A stretch of DNA of 64,000 nt from Oikopleura dioica (Eukaryota; Animalia; Chordata): NCBI GenBank assembly GCA_907165135.1, contig OU015567.1, forward strand, positions 6,882,001 through 6,946,000, in the 5' to 3' direction. A program made the position numbers and the translations under genes. Of this stretch, positions 48,548 through 59,800 are shown in pieces (the stretch's first letter is position 1; each line of letters starts with the position of its first letter). The notes under the pieces are model-generated. The model saw nothing but the letters and a program-made list of their open reading frames with translations, made no database searches and was not told the origin of the DNA.

Positions 48548-51487
48548 TTACTTTTTCTTGCCTTTTCTGTGATGGCCTCTTGTCATTTTGCTGGAGCCGG
48601 CTCTCTTGGACTTGGTCCCCTTTTTGCCCTTCTGAAATTTTATATTTTAAAATCAGAGTTTGACGAAAATTTTAATCGACCGCGCGAAGGTCTAAAAAAT
48701 TCCACACCTGTCTTAATCTCGTTTCGAAAAAGAAGATAAAAGAACGAGAGGGTTGAACAAATGGGATTCTAATTACCTTGAGCGGCGCTTGCTCTGGCGG
48801 ACTAGCTGGCAGGATGATCGTTCCAGCCTCGCTCATCCCCACAAGTTCCTTTTCTGTCTCCACCTCTTTCGCGCCAAGCGCGGCGAGTCGATCCGCTAAG
48901 CTCATTTCTTTGGGGTCATTAGCGGCTCCTTTGCCGAGTTTTTCAGAAATGGCCTTGACAATGCGTTCCGCTTGTTTTTGCTCATCGTTGACAAGATTAT
49001 ACGCGACGAGCTCCGAATCTGCTAGTAAGTCGATTCCGGAAGTGTCGGCCGCCAACTGTAAATATTTGAAGGAGAGGTGGAACACCGTCCGGCAAAGTGC
49101 CATCCAAATCTCTTTTGGTCCAGCCGTTGAGTCCTAAATACGAAAATAAAGGAAAAATAATTTAGAGCAACGTTTTTTTCGGGTGGTTTTTAGCGGAATT
49201 TATACGGTTTTCTGTCCATAGGAGAGTTTTATGCAAATTCGCATGAGTCACGAAGTTATTCGACCCTTCAAAAACGGAACTGTCTTGAGAGTAGGACTTG
49301 TCTGAAAATCAAGTGCTCCCGGGAGAGATCTGAGCTACTGTGTGATTTACAGTTAGATACACAGAGCTTGCATAAACTCGATAGAACAGTCAGCAAATAC
49401 AGCTTCCCCATCAGGTGTTGATTCGAGTTCAGTTCGAACTCGCAAGCCCTTTCATTTCAAAAATACGGAACTAGCAACAAAGTCGCGACAAAGTCCAAAA
49501 TATTTTCTTTGAAAACAAACGCTCTTATCAACTAAAGAAAAAAGCCCATTACTTCGCTGTTTTCGCTTTCATCAAAAGTTCCCTTCGAAACTTCACTGCG
49601 AAACTTGTCTGGTAAGCATGAACTTTAGGATGACAAGAGTGGATAGAAAATTTGATAGCATCAAATCCGCGAAGTAAACTTGCGCCAGTTCTCACGCAAC
49701 TTGTCAAAGAGGGGCTTTTCTTTCAGCTTTATTGGGAACTTGATCGTGGATTTTTTCGAAGAGACAGGAACCCCTCTCCTTTGAAACAAAATTAACAAAA
49801 GCAGATTTCCGCTTTTGAAAAATCGTCTGAGACAATTTGTTTTTTTCACAGACAGGTGCGATTCTCTTTCCGCCAAATCATCAAAATGATGAATCTTACC
49901 TTCATTGAAATTTGCGAAAGATCGACTCTGGGAAGACACAGGGCTTTCCAATACTTTTGCACTTGAGCTTGATCTTCTAAGCCGGCGACGTTGTTTTTCT
50001 TCAGCGATTTTTGGAAGTCGCCGGCAACAGAAGATAAGTTCTTGAGCCGGCACATCAAGTCCAAGTAAGAAAATATCGGGGAGGGGTCTGGATTCGGATT
50101 CTCCGCTCCTGGAATTGGATGGCCGTATTTGTCCAGGTTCGCTTGATCCGCTTTTTCTAAAAAGAAAAGATAAAGAAGATGACTCTATCAGCCATGAATC
50201 CGTCTGATAAGCCAAAGAAGAGAATGATCGTTTTTACGTTATGTAATCCGGATTGCGCCGGTCATTAACCTTCAGCAAAACATGGTTTTACGCTCAAAGC
50301 CCCACGTGGGATAACTTCGTTTTCGTCTTGAATTTGCACGATCAAATAAGCGCCTTAGCATTTATTTCATTTTACTACTGTAAATCCAGAAGGAAAAAGT
50401 GGATTCGGGACTCTTACGTACCTTTGAGCTCTTTTAATTTCTTGGCCATTTTCTTGAGATCGCTGAGGCTCAACGCGGCACCTTCGAGTTTTTCAATAAA
50501 TTCCAGCGCTCCGCAAAATAAGCTCTCCTCCTCGGCCGCCCAGCTTTCATAACTGAGCGTGATCTGGCTCAGGTGTCGAAGAATAAAGTCGATGAAGCGC
50601 TGCCAGTTCCGGATAACGGAAGGTTTCACGTCTGAAATACCGGTATTTGAAATTATTGGTTTTGAAAGAAAATGTTATTTTGGCACTTTTTCGGCGATGG
50701 TGAAATTTTGGTAGATTTCAAAACGAAAGGTCAAAAACGGGGAAAAACGAAACGTGTCGGGGGAAATCTGAACATGTGTTGCGGATAGAGTATCATGCTA
50801 TTAGAGAAAAACATGATCGCTAGTAGACCAAGTTGCAAAATAGCGGCTAGAATAAGTAATTACTAATTACTAATTACGCCGCAAATTGCATGTAAAAGTA
50901 GCTCTTAGGGAAAAATATATTTCATTAGAAAATTGATTTCGCAATAAATTTTAAATTTACTGTACTAGCTTTTTTACTTACTGGCATTTTTAATTTCTGG
51001 CTCGGCTTTGGGCAGAGTTTCAGAAACTGTTGGATAAAGAACTTCTGTCATCTTCTTTTTTCTGTTTCTGTTTTTATTGATGGCTTTTTCTTTGTTCTAT
51101 TTTCTCTTGAAATTGAAATTGCAATAATCAATTGTGGTAATCTTTTCCAGTAAATTTGGACGAGCGCGGGTAGGGTGCTTAGTTACTTATTATTTTTAGC
51201 AAAGTTGGGCCGCTTTAGCAGTGCGTTTCTGCCCGTTTCCAAGGACAATCGAGCAGATTACACGCGCTGATCTATAGAGCCACAGCTCGCGCAAATATTT
51301 CGGAAACGGAATGGCTCCGCTCGCGCCTCTGGGCAAGTCGTCTCTGCCTGGCGGGCGACGAGCACCTCCGAGTGGCTAGAAGATAAGAGCTTTGCCGAAC
51401 GCTCTTGAGTGGGATTTCTTCCTTTTGATAGGGATTATCCCGTAGTTTTTTCACTGACGTAAACAGTTTGGTTTTGCTTGAGTCCAT
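48548..51487 (-). CDS. Unidentified multi-exon protein with helical segments and a basic C-terminal tail
   Basis: Protein-like ORFs 50414-50629, 49846-50064 and 48672-49103 bounded by splice signals; last exon KGKKGTKSKRAGSSKMTRGHHRKGKKK*. Family not recognised; 5' exons uncertain. Confidence 0.5.
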
Positions 51488-51658
51488 TATTTTCTTTGGG
51501 ATAACAAAGAGAGAGGGGAAGAGAAGACGTCATTTTGAGATATAATTATTTTGAGTTTATTTTATTGAATTTTTGGTAAAATAGATTAAAACAGATAGTT
51601 AGAAGTGTACAGAAAAGATTTTTCTTTTTTGGCAGCTTTGATCTTCTTCCTCGTGAAG

Positions 51659-52393
51659 CTAGTTTTCATCGTCGTCAGCAGGTTCGCCTTTGAGGTTGAG
51701 CAAAGTGACCACGACGTCTTCCTCATCTGATTGATTGTCCTCGTCTCCTGAGAGCTGAATGTCATCGACGGTGGCATTGGTCTTGAGGTTGTCGATCATC
51801 TCCGTCTCCGACTTGTAGATTCCCATCTGCTCTTCGAGTTTCTGCTGAAGCGCCAGGATTTTTTCTTGGAGTTCCATGATTCCTTCCGAACGCTTGTTTC
51901 TTGACCGATTCAGACCCTCGAGTGTTTTCCTGTAGAAAGATCGCTTTTCTGTCTTGCTGTCGACTTCCCCCTTGGGTCGAGGGGTGGAGATGGGAGGTAG
52001 GCGCTCGACTGGTCGGGGAAGAGTAGCAACGGCAAGTTGAATGGACGAAGATGGAGATGGAGAAGAGATGGAAGTTTCGACTTTCTTTGGACGCCCAGGG
52101 GTCCCCGGGGTGACGATTTCTTGACCAGGGAGAGGAATGTTCTCTCGCCTAAAAAATAAGTTAGTTTTGAGTTTTTCTCGATTAATTTAGTGCTTACTTG
52201 TATTTTTGTCTTCGGCTAGACATCCAGTTGTTGATCTTGTTCATCGGCATGTTGACTTCAACGGAGAGCGCCTCTCTTACAGCTCTACTTGGGTAAGGAT
52301 CGTTCATAAAGGCTCTTAGAAGAGCCGTCTGCCTTCTTTTTCTTCATCGGACAAAGATTGAAAGTTTTTGATTTCGACAAAAGTGTTGTCCAT
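51659..52393 (-). CDS. Atypical homeodomain + AT-hook-like + coiled-coil protein
   Basis: RQTALLRAFMNDPYPSRAVREALSVEVNMPMNKINNWMSSRRQKY; one GT-AG intron; PGRPKK; continues into ORF 51659-51877. Needs +1 nt in the T5 run 52337-52341 to join the ATG at 52393. Confidence 0.7.
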
Positions 52394-52918
52394 TTTATGC
52401 TTTTCTTGTTTTATATTTCGTTTTTTTTATCGTTTTACTAGTCCCTTACCTTTAAATACTCCTCCTCCCTAATAGAGGGCGCTGTATCATCATCACCTGT
52501 CCGCCTGGAAACCAGCTGGTGAAAAGTTGTTCCCCCGCTGAGAACTAAAGCTTCCTGCGTCTTATCAGAAAGATCTTAATTTCGGATCCAGATGTAACCA
52601 ATGGCCAATTTGTCTGGACGGCCTTTGCCTTCTTCTTGATCTTCAAGCATCAATTAGAATCACTGTAAAACGTTATTTACAAGAAATGCCAGAACATGCT
52701 TATTAGTGTAAAAAATCTCCTTTTAGACAGGTCTACAGCAAAGATTTATAGCCAGTTCACTGTCACTTTTATGAAATTGTAAATTACGGTATCGAAAGAA
52801 AATAAAGACATGCCATCTTTTTTCTCATAAGAAGAATCATTCTTATTTGAACTTTCACGGACTTTTATTGTACAAAAATACTTATTAAATTTTACAGAAT
52901 CGTTCTTTTCAAATTGAA

Positions 52919-54340
52919 CTAATCATCGCGCAGAAACTTTTTGATCAAAAACGCGGATGCTCCGAGGAGTACCGCGAGGACCAGCAAAGAAACAGGGATG
53001 ATCAGGCTCAAGGACTTCTTTTCTTCTTTTTCGTTCAAAAGCTTTTCGTTTTGCTGTCCCACTGGCTGAATCGGCGCTACTCCGCTGTTTTGAGTGAGAA
53101 TTGGAACTGGCTGTTGATTTTGAATTTGAACAGGAACTGGCTGCTGAATCGGAATCGGAGCTGGACCATAAGGAGCTGGTCTTGGAAAAGCGGCAATAGC
53201 TGGTCGAGGAGCGACAGGTTGAGGAGCTGGATGCATTGCCATATTCGCCATGTTGTGGCTGCCTCCGAAAACACCAGCGCTTGCACGGTGCGCCGGATTT
53301 GGCAACTGATTCGGAACAACTGGAACTCGAGATCGGGGAGAAGGAATTCGCGCGACGGATGTTTTCTCAATCTTTCCGGCGAATGCGTTTGGTGCATATG
53401 TTGATGCTCGCTCTGAAAATGTTGAATAAGTCGAAGATGCTGAAAAAGTGCAAACTTTTTTTTTCGGAGGTCAGTTGTAAGAAGATAATTAAGTGTTGTA
53501 AGTTGCGAGTACTTACCACGTGTTTTTGAGACTTTCAACTTAAACCTCTTGGGCAAAAGTGGATTTGGATCAGAGTCCGCTCTCAAATACAGGGTCGCAG
53601 AGCTCCCATTTGTAATGAAAACTTTCGGATGCTGGCCGCAAAACCGATTGCCGGTCATATTCCAGTCGGCGCTGTCGGTAGTGATGCTCAGAAAGACGAT
53701 CTTGCAATTTGGCGAAACCGGAATGGAAAAGTCTTCGAATTCGATTTTGATGTTGAATCCCGGATCCGCGGTTACTCTATAATTGAAAGTTAGGTCTATT
53801 TTTACTGGACTCTTTGAAGTATGAATTCTGCGGGGTTGTTTTGACCAGCACAAGTCCGGTCAAAAAAGCTTACTCAAGCACTTATTTTTATAGAAAACAA
53901 AAGGCTTTAATTAAAAAAAAGGGATGTGACTCGAACGTGATAAATTTGAAAAGTATCAATCAAAAATTTGGAGTCTAAATTTTATTGAATTTATTTTTCG
54001 ACATACTAAATTGAAGTTGTTTTTCCAACAAGTAGAAAAATACTGTTTTCAATAAAAAGATCTCGCATCACGTCAAACATGTTTTTTTCAATGATAAGAG
54101 GACGTGAGAATTGCTAAAGTTACACTAACGTCCATGAATATTGCGCTTGAGTCGGCATATCTGCTGGATACTTTGGAGTTTTGATGTAGCTCGGGCTTCC
54201 GACGTGAATATTTGAGACTGCATCTTCCTCAGCTGAAAAGAAAGAATAAGCTACTAGAATCTACGGAAAGAAGGGCGTCTTGTTTTATGCACTAGAATTA
54301 ACCCTTGATCTGAAGGATCACGCGTAAGCTCGCAGGTCAA
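52919..54340 (-). CDS. CUB-domain type-I membrane protein (5' end unresolved)
   Basis: IKTPKYPADMP...YSW, FNIKIEFEDFSI...C...FCG...NGSSATLYL (CUB); Pro/Gln-rich stalk; TM LIIPVSLLVLAVLLGASAFLI; short tail. Confidence 0.72.
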
Positions 54341-55087
54341 AATATCAAGCTAGTAATTGGACTTTTTCCTTCGTCAGGAGGTTTTTTCTGACATTCTTGG
54401 GGCATTTTTGAGGCATTTTGGAATTAAATTTATTCAGGGCTTGGAATTTAATGGAGCCAAACGTGACGGTGAAATGCAATTTGAATATTTTCCTCTCTTT
54501 TTTAACGGTCTAAAAATCGTCTCTTTCTATTGAAAAAAAACGAGGTTGATGTTCATTGGATGGAAGGAAACGTGCAAGAATGTGCAGGAGCTCTTTATCC
54601 TCCAATTTCGGATTCTTCAACCGACCCTAGTTATTCAAGAGCAACTGGGAGGTACACGACGAAAGGAATTTCGTTTCGCAGCGCGCTGAATTCCGCCGAG
54701 ATGATCTCCAAAAAAGATTTTTTCATTTCAAAGAAGCCATCTTCTCGGCCCACAAACACGTGTTTAGAGGTTAGGGAAGATCCGCACGGGTCTAGTAGTG
54801 GACGGATTTAGACCGATAGACTGAAAATAAGTCTCTTTTTTTCCGAGGCAAAAGGTAATTCTTGCTATCGCTTCCTACAAGCCGGATTTTGATACGCCAA
54901 AAACAAGCAAGAAGTGGATATTTGTCAAAGTAGTTTATAGTCATCAGAAAGCTTAAACTAAAGCCTGTATAATTTTGCAAAAAAAATCCAATTTTCAAAT
55001 TTCAAGTCAAATAAAGGCGGATTTAAAAAACTTGGAGCTTTTATTTTCCTCAGAAATGAGGCGATTTTACAATGATTTTTTGGTCGA

Positions 55088-55482
55088 TACTGAATATGTA
55101 ACGAATGTAACGAATGTAACGAATGTAACGAGTTTGCTGACAATGTAACGAAAACGGAGACATGTTGTTTTTTTGTTAGCTGATTCTAGAAACTTTTTCT
55201 AAAGAGCGATCTTGGGGAGTTTTACTTTATTCAACAATTGAACATATCGAAAAGAGCAAAAAAAGACAAAAAGAATGCAGAATAGCATAAATATGGTAGA
55301 TTCGTTTTCCAAACCTGCTCTGAATGATTAAAAACGCCCGCTCCGCGGGTAAATTTGTAGGAAACTCAAGGGGATGAAATAAGATAAACAAAAAATCTCT
55401 AGAATTTTACTGACAATGTAACGAGAAAAAGACATGTTTTTGAGTTTTCGTTACATTCGTTACATTCGTTACATATTCAGTA
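55088..55482. mobile_element. TA-flanked MITE with 9-bp aatgtaacg subterminal repeats
   Basis: ta-ctgaatatgtaacgaatgtaacg... vs ...cgttacattcgttacatattcag-ta. Confidence 0.8.
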
Positions 55483-56834
55483 CCGTCGGATTTTTTAGGG
55501 TTAGGGTTAAAGTTAGTCATTTTACCCTCTAAGAATTTTCCAAAAGAACTAGATTAAAATATAAAAATAAAAAATAATTCCGCCTTCTTCGCGAAATATG
55601 GGGAATTTTTGCCAATTAAAAACTTTATTTAAGAAAATTAAGCATATTCAATTTTTACTTACCATAAGCAAAAGAACAAAGCAGCGTTAGAAACTTCATC
55701 ATTCTCCACTGTCTCTTCTTTTCTCCCTCTTCTTTTGCTTATCTCTCGATTTTATTCAAGTCTTTCTGTTCCGAAAAATAGTCCCCGTAGACTGTGGCGT
55801 CGAAGGAGCCCAGGGAAGATAATTGGAGCTACTATCGGTGATATCTTTGCGAGAGGGCGCCGCAGAGCGCGCTCATGAATGCTCAGGCTGCTCTCTGTCG
55901 ACCTATCAATTTGGCGCCATCAGATAAGCTCCACGTTTCCTTTGACTGGTGAAAAAGTACGGAATATCGAAGCCAATTGGCCGTTGTGGCCCTACCCATG
56001 CGTAGAGGACGTGTTCTACTTCTAACGATTACGAGCATTTCGTAAGTAGAAACCAACAACATCTCCAAATTGGAGACTCCAATCTTTCAACCATTGTTTC
56101 GGCATGTCTACTTAATTGGATGAGACAATTATCCAACTTTATTGAATAATTAAACAAAACATTAGTATTTCTAATTAGTAGAGTTATTCTAAAGCAATTA
56201 TTTGAATAAACAAAATGATAAATTAAAATTGCTTAAGGACCCCCACTACGGTTTTTTTTCGATAATTTTCGTGGGAGAAGTCCTTAACTAGAAATCCTAC
56301 TAGAAATCCACTCCGCAGGCGCTAGAATTCTAGGTATTTTGACAAGCTGTCTTAGTTACCGGGGACTTAGGTTTTAAGGATATCATCATCTAGGTGCTCT
56401 AAAAACCCGCAATTTTTGATAATTTCAATCTTTGCTCCCAAAAACATAGGAACGTTTTGCATACTTCTATCGCCAGAAAAAAGCATGTGTAGAACATATA
56501 ATTTATGCTGCATGAAAATTGAAAATTGAACAAGTTCGAAAAAAAAAGAAAGAAATCTAACAAGTGTAAAAACCGTTTGTTTTTTATCTTCGCTAGATAA
56601 AATAAACCACCAGAAGCTTTATAAATAGAGCCCGACCTCATGAACAAGCAAAATCGGCTGCAGTAGATAAGTACTTACCACCGTTACGAATAAGTTTCAA
56701 AACTAGGTAATCAGAACGATTCTGATTACCTTTTTCATTTTGCGGGGGAATAAATGACAAGCGTCTCGTTAAAACTTTTTTTATGATTCGGGTTTGTACT
56801 CGGATTCAGAGAATTCCGTTGATTAATTTTAACC

Positions 56835-59800
56835 ATGGATGATACTTGTCTCGAGCAAAGTAAGAAAATTTTTACGATAACAGAGACTAATGAAGAAGAA
56901 TTGGGACTGCCGAGAAATCATAGCTCACATGATAATTTACACCACCACCATCATCACAATAGCAGAAGGGTTAGTCAAAAACTCATTTGGACATTTAAGG
57001 CTCTTCCGTTCTTCCCACGACAAAATTTGTTGTTTAAGGTTGTAGATATCAAGAATCGCCATTTGGTTGAAGCTATTTCTCCAAAATTTTACGTAGTGAC
57101 ACCCTTATTTTTCTCCGACAACTAATAGTTTAGACCTTTATCTTTTTCTGAGAAGTATTTTGAGCAGAAAAATAAGGGGGTTACTATGTTAAAAATTGGA
57201 AAATAAAAGACTGCAAGAAAATCCGATTCTTGATATCTACACCCTAAAGGAGGTCTGTTAATTCAATTTTCGAAGTGCCAGGGGGTCATCAATTCGATTT
57301 CCTTTTATTTCTAGCACACACAAGCAGCACCCCAGGTGCCGCATTTCCTTGGAACGCTGAAAGGCCGTGATCTAAAAACAGCAAAGCAGCTTTCTGCGCA
57401 CACTCGTCTTGTTGACAAAGGTGGACGAAACCAGGTTCATCTAAAAGATATGGATTGGGGCTCGGCAATTTCAATCAAACCCGCAATTTTCGAGCGCGTA
57501 AAAATACCGCGAGTTCGAAAAAACCATCAATCATAAGGTGAAAAGCGGAGCCCAGTGATAAGAGACCAGTCTCTTCATGAAGGATTATTTTACTTCAATG
57601 ATCGACACGCCTTGGTATTACGTGCTGGTCGGATTCTTCGTTTCGTTTATTGCAATGTGGGTCGCGTTCGGGCTAATTTACTGGCTCGTCGCTTATCAAC
57701 ACGGAGATATAGACCAGGGTGGGGAAAGGTCAACGGCACGGCACGGCACCGCGGCACGGACACGGCACGGCACGTGCCGTGCCGTGCCGCTCCTTTCAGG
57801 GAGTAAAGGTTTGGACACGGCACGGTGCCGCGGCACGAGAAAATGAAGCACCAGCAAATTCTCCTTGAATGATTCGTTTTTGGGCCGGATGATAGGAATT
57901 TTCGATAAGCGCTCTCATTTGGGCGCTGCATTTTGCCATGAACTGATTCATGAATCATCAAAGGGGTGAAAAGGGAAAATGTGAGGGGAGCCCAACAACA
58001 AACTGCTTTATTTTCCTCAGACTTGCTTTCTCAAAAAGAGAAAATGTCTCAAAAATCAATTTCTGATATTTTTCCTCCGCGGAAACGTCCGCGACCAGAG
58101 GACGACGAAGAAGTTTCTGAGGTCGATAATCCCGGACCGCAAAAGGAATGGCGACCGATCAGAGATCAGGCTGAGTCGCTAAGAGAGGAATTTCAGAGAG
58201 ATCCTGCTTTTCTCGGGATGGCTGGTTTCGAGGGAGAATACGTAATTGCCAGCTCGCAATTCACTGGAAATATTCGCTGTACTGCAGAGAACTGTCCGAA
58301 TCGATCTTCTTTCCGTGGCATCGCAAAAGGGAAGCCCAAAAAAGACCGAAGTAAGTTTAAGAAATTTGGGCAGTCTTTTATATAAAATTTCCTGCCCCTT
58401 ATTTTATTCGGGCAGTCTTTATTATAAAATTTCATGCCCTTTAATTTATTCGGGCAGTCCTCACTATAAAATTTCCTGTCCTTTTATACATGTGGGCAGT
58501 ATTATCTATAAAAATTCATGCCCTTTACTAATCATTTTTATAAGTGAGAGATCATCTCAAAGCGCATCATCTGAGATCAACTCGTCCTCAAACTCAGCCG
58601 AGCATCAACCCAATCGTCAACTTGCGCAACAAGAACCCTTTCAAACCGACAGCAAAGCAAAAAGAAGCAGTTGCAGACTGTGAAGCGAAGGCACTTGCGT
58701 CTCTCCATCTTCCACAAGGATTTTTCGGAAGGTATAAATAAATCATTGACTGACAAAAAATTAAACAAAATACAGCCAGCATATCCGTGAGCGCGATCGT
58801 CTTCTCCTGACAATTAGCAACTGCGATCCCAATCAACTCGAGCTTCTTGGCGGAAAAAACAAGAAATCAATGAAGACAAACCTAAACAACAGCTCGCTCA
58901 AAGTGAAAAATGCGATCATTGAAGTCTTGAAGAGGCCTGATTTCTGTTGTTTCAGATGCAAAGCTAGCTGCAGTGGCTCGTGAAACGTGCAAAAAGGAAT
59001 GATGGTAAAGGCAGTGGAGCTCTTCGATTTGCCTAGCAGCTACGGAGACTCCATCAACACTTTCATCGAAAATATGAGGAAGCCAAAAGAAAGACCAGAT
59101 CAAGACAAGCCGAAGAAATGGAATCATTTTCTTGAAGAGAGAGGCGACAATCCTGAAGAAAAAGACAAGATTCAGATCTATAGATTAAAGCATCCAAGCT
59201 CCACTGAGACTGATGAATCGATCAAGAAAAAACTGGAAACAGAAAAAGTCAGCTACACGAAAATAAAATCCCAATACAGAGGCATCCGGTTCAGCAACAA
59301 TTATGACAAATTTGGGACTGTTCTCCAGTACGAACACTTGATTCGCTCGATTCAACACGGAAGCCTGAAAGAGTTCTCTTATCTACTGGAGAATGTTGAT
59401 GTTCCAAACTTCGCATTTCTGAACGCAATCATGTTCATTTACCGACATCTTCATCCACTATTGCGTGCATCAGAAGAAAAAATCAGCTCGGTAAGTCCAA
59501 AAATAAGGGGCAGGAATCTTTATAAAAATCCTGCCCTAATCAATACAAATTAATTATGGGCAGGAATCTTTATAAAAAATCCTGCCCTAATCAATACAAA
59601 TTAATTATGGGCAGGAATCTTTATAAAAAATCGTGCCCTAATCAATACAAATTAATTATGGGCAGGAATCTTTATAAAAAATCCTGCCCTAATTGAACTT
59701 TTGTTATAACGTAAATTAAGGCTGCCGAGACTGTCCAGATACTCGCATCCGTTTGTTCCTTTGCTGCTTCTGTTGAGAAAGAATTGACGATCAAGTTCGG

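Noticed and set aside
28228-52341. -1 frameshifts in SMC1 (39455-39459), WDR48 (28228-28232, 30721-30722) and the homeodomain gene (52337-52341) as pseudogenisation or programmed frameshifting
   Set aside because: All lie in homopolymers (three are 5-nt runs where 6 restores conserved sequence) and include essential SMC1; best explained by long-read homopolymer compression. Short-read polishing would decide.
54530-54811. 93-aa plus-strand ORF
   Set aside because: No motif, splice support or neighbouring exons.
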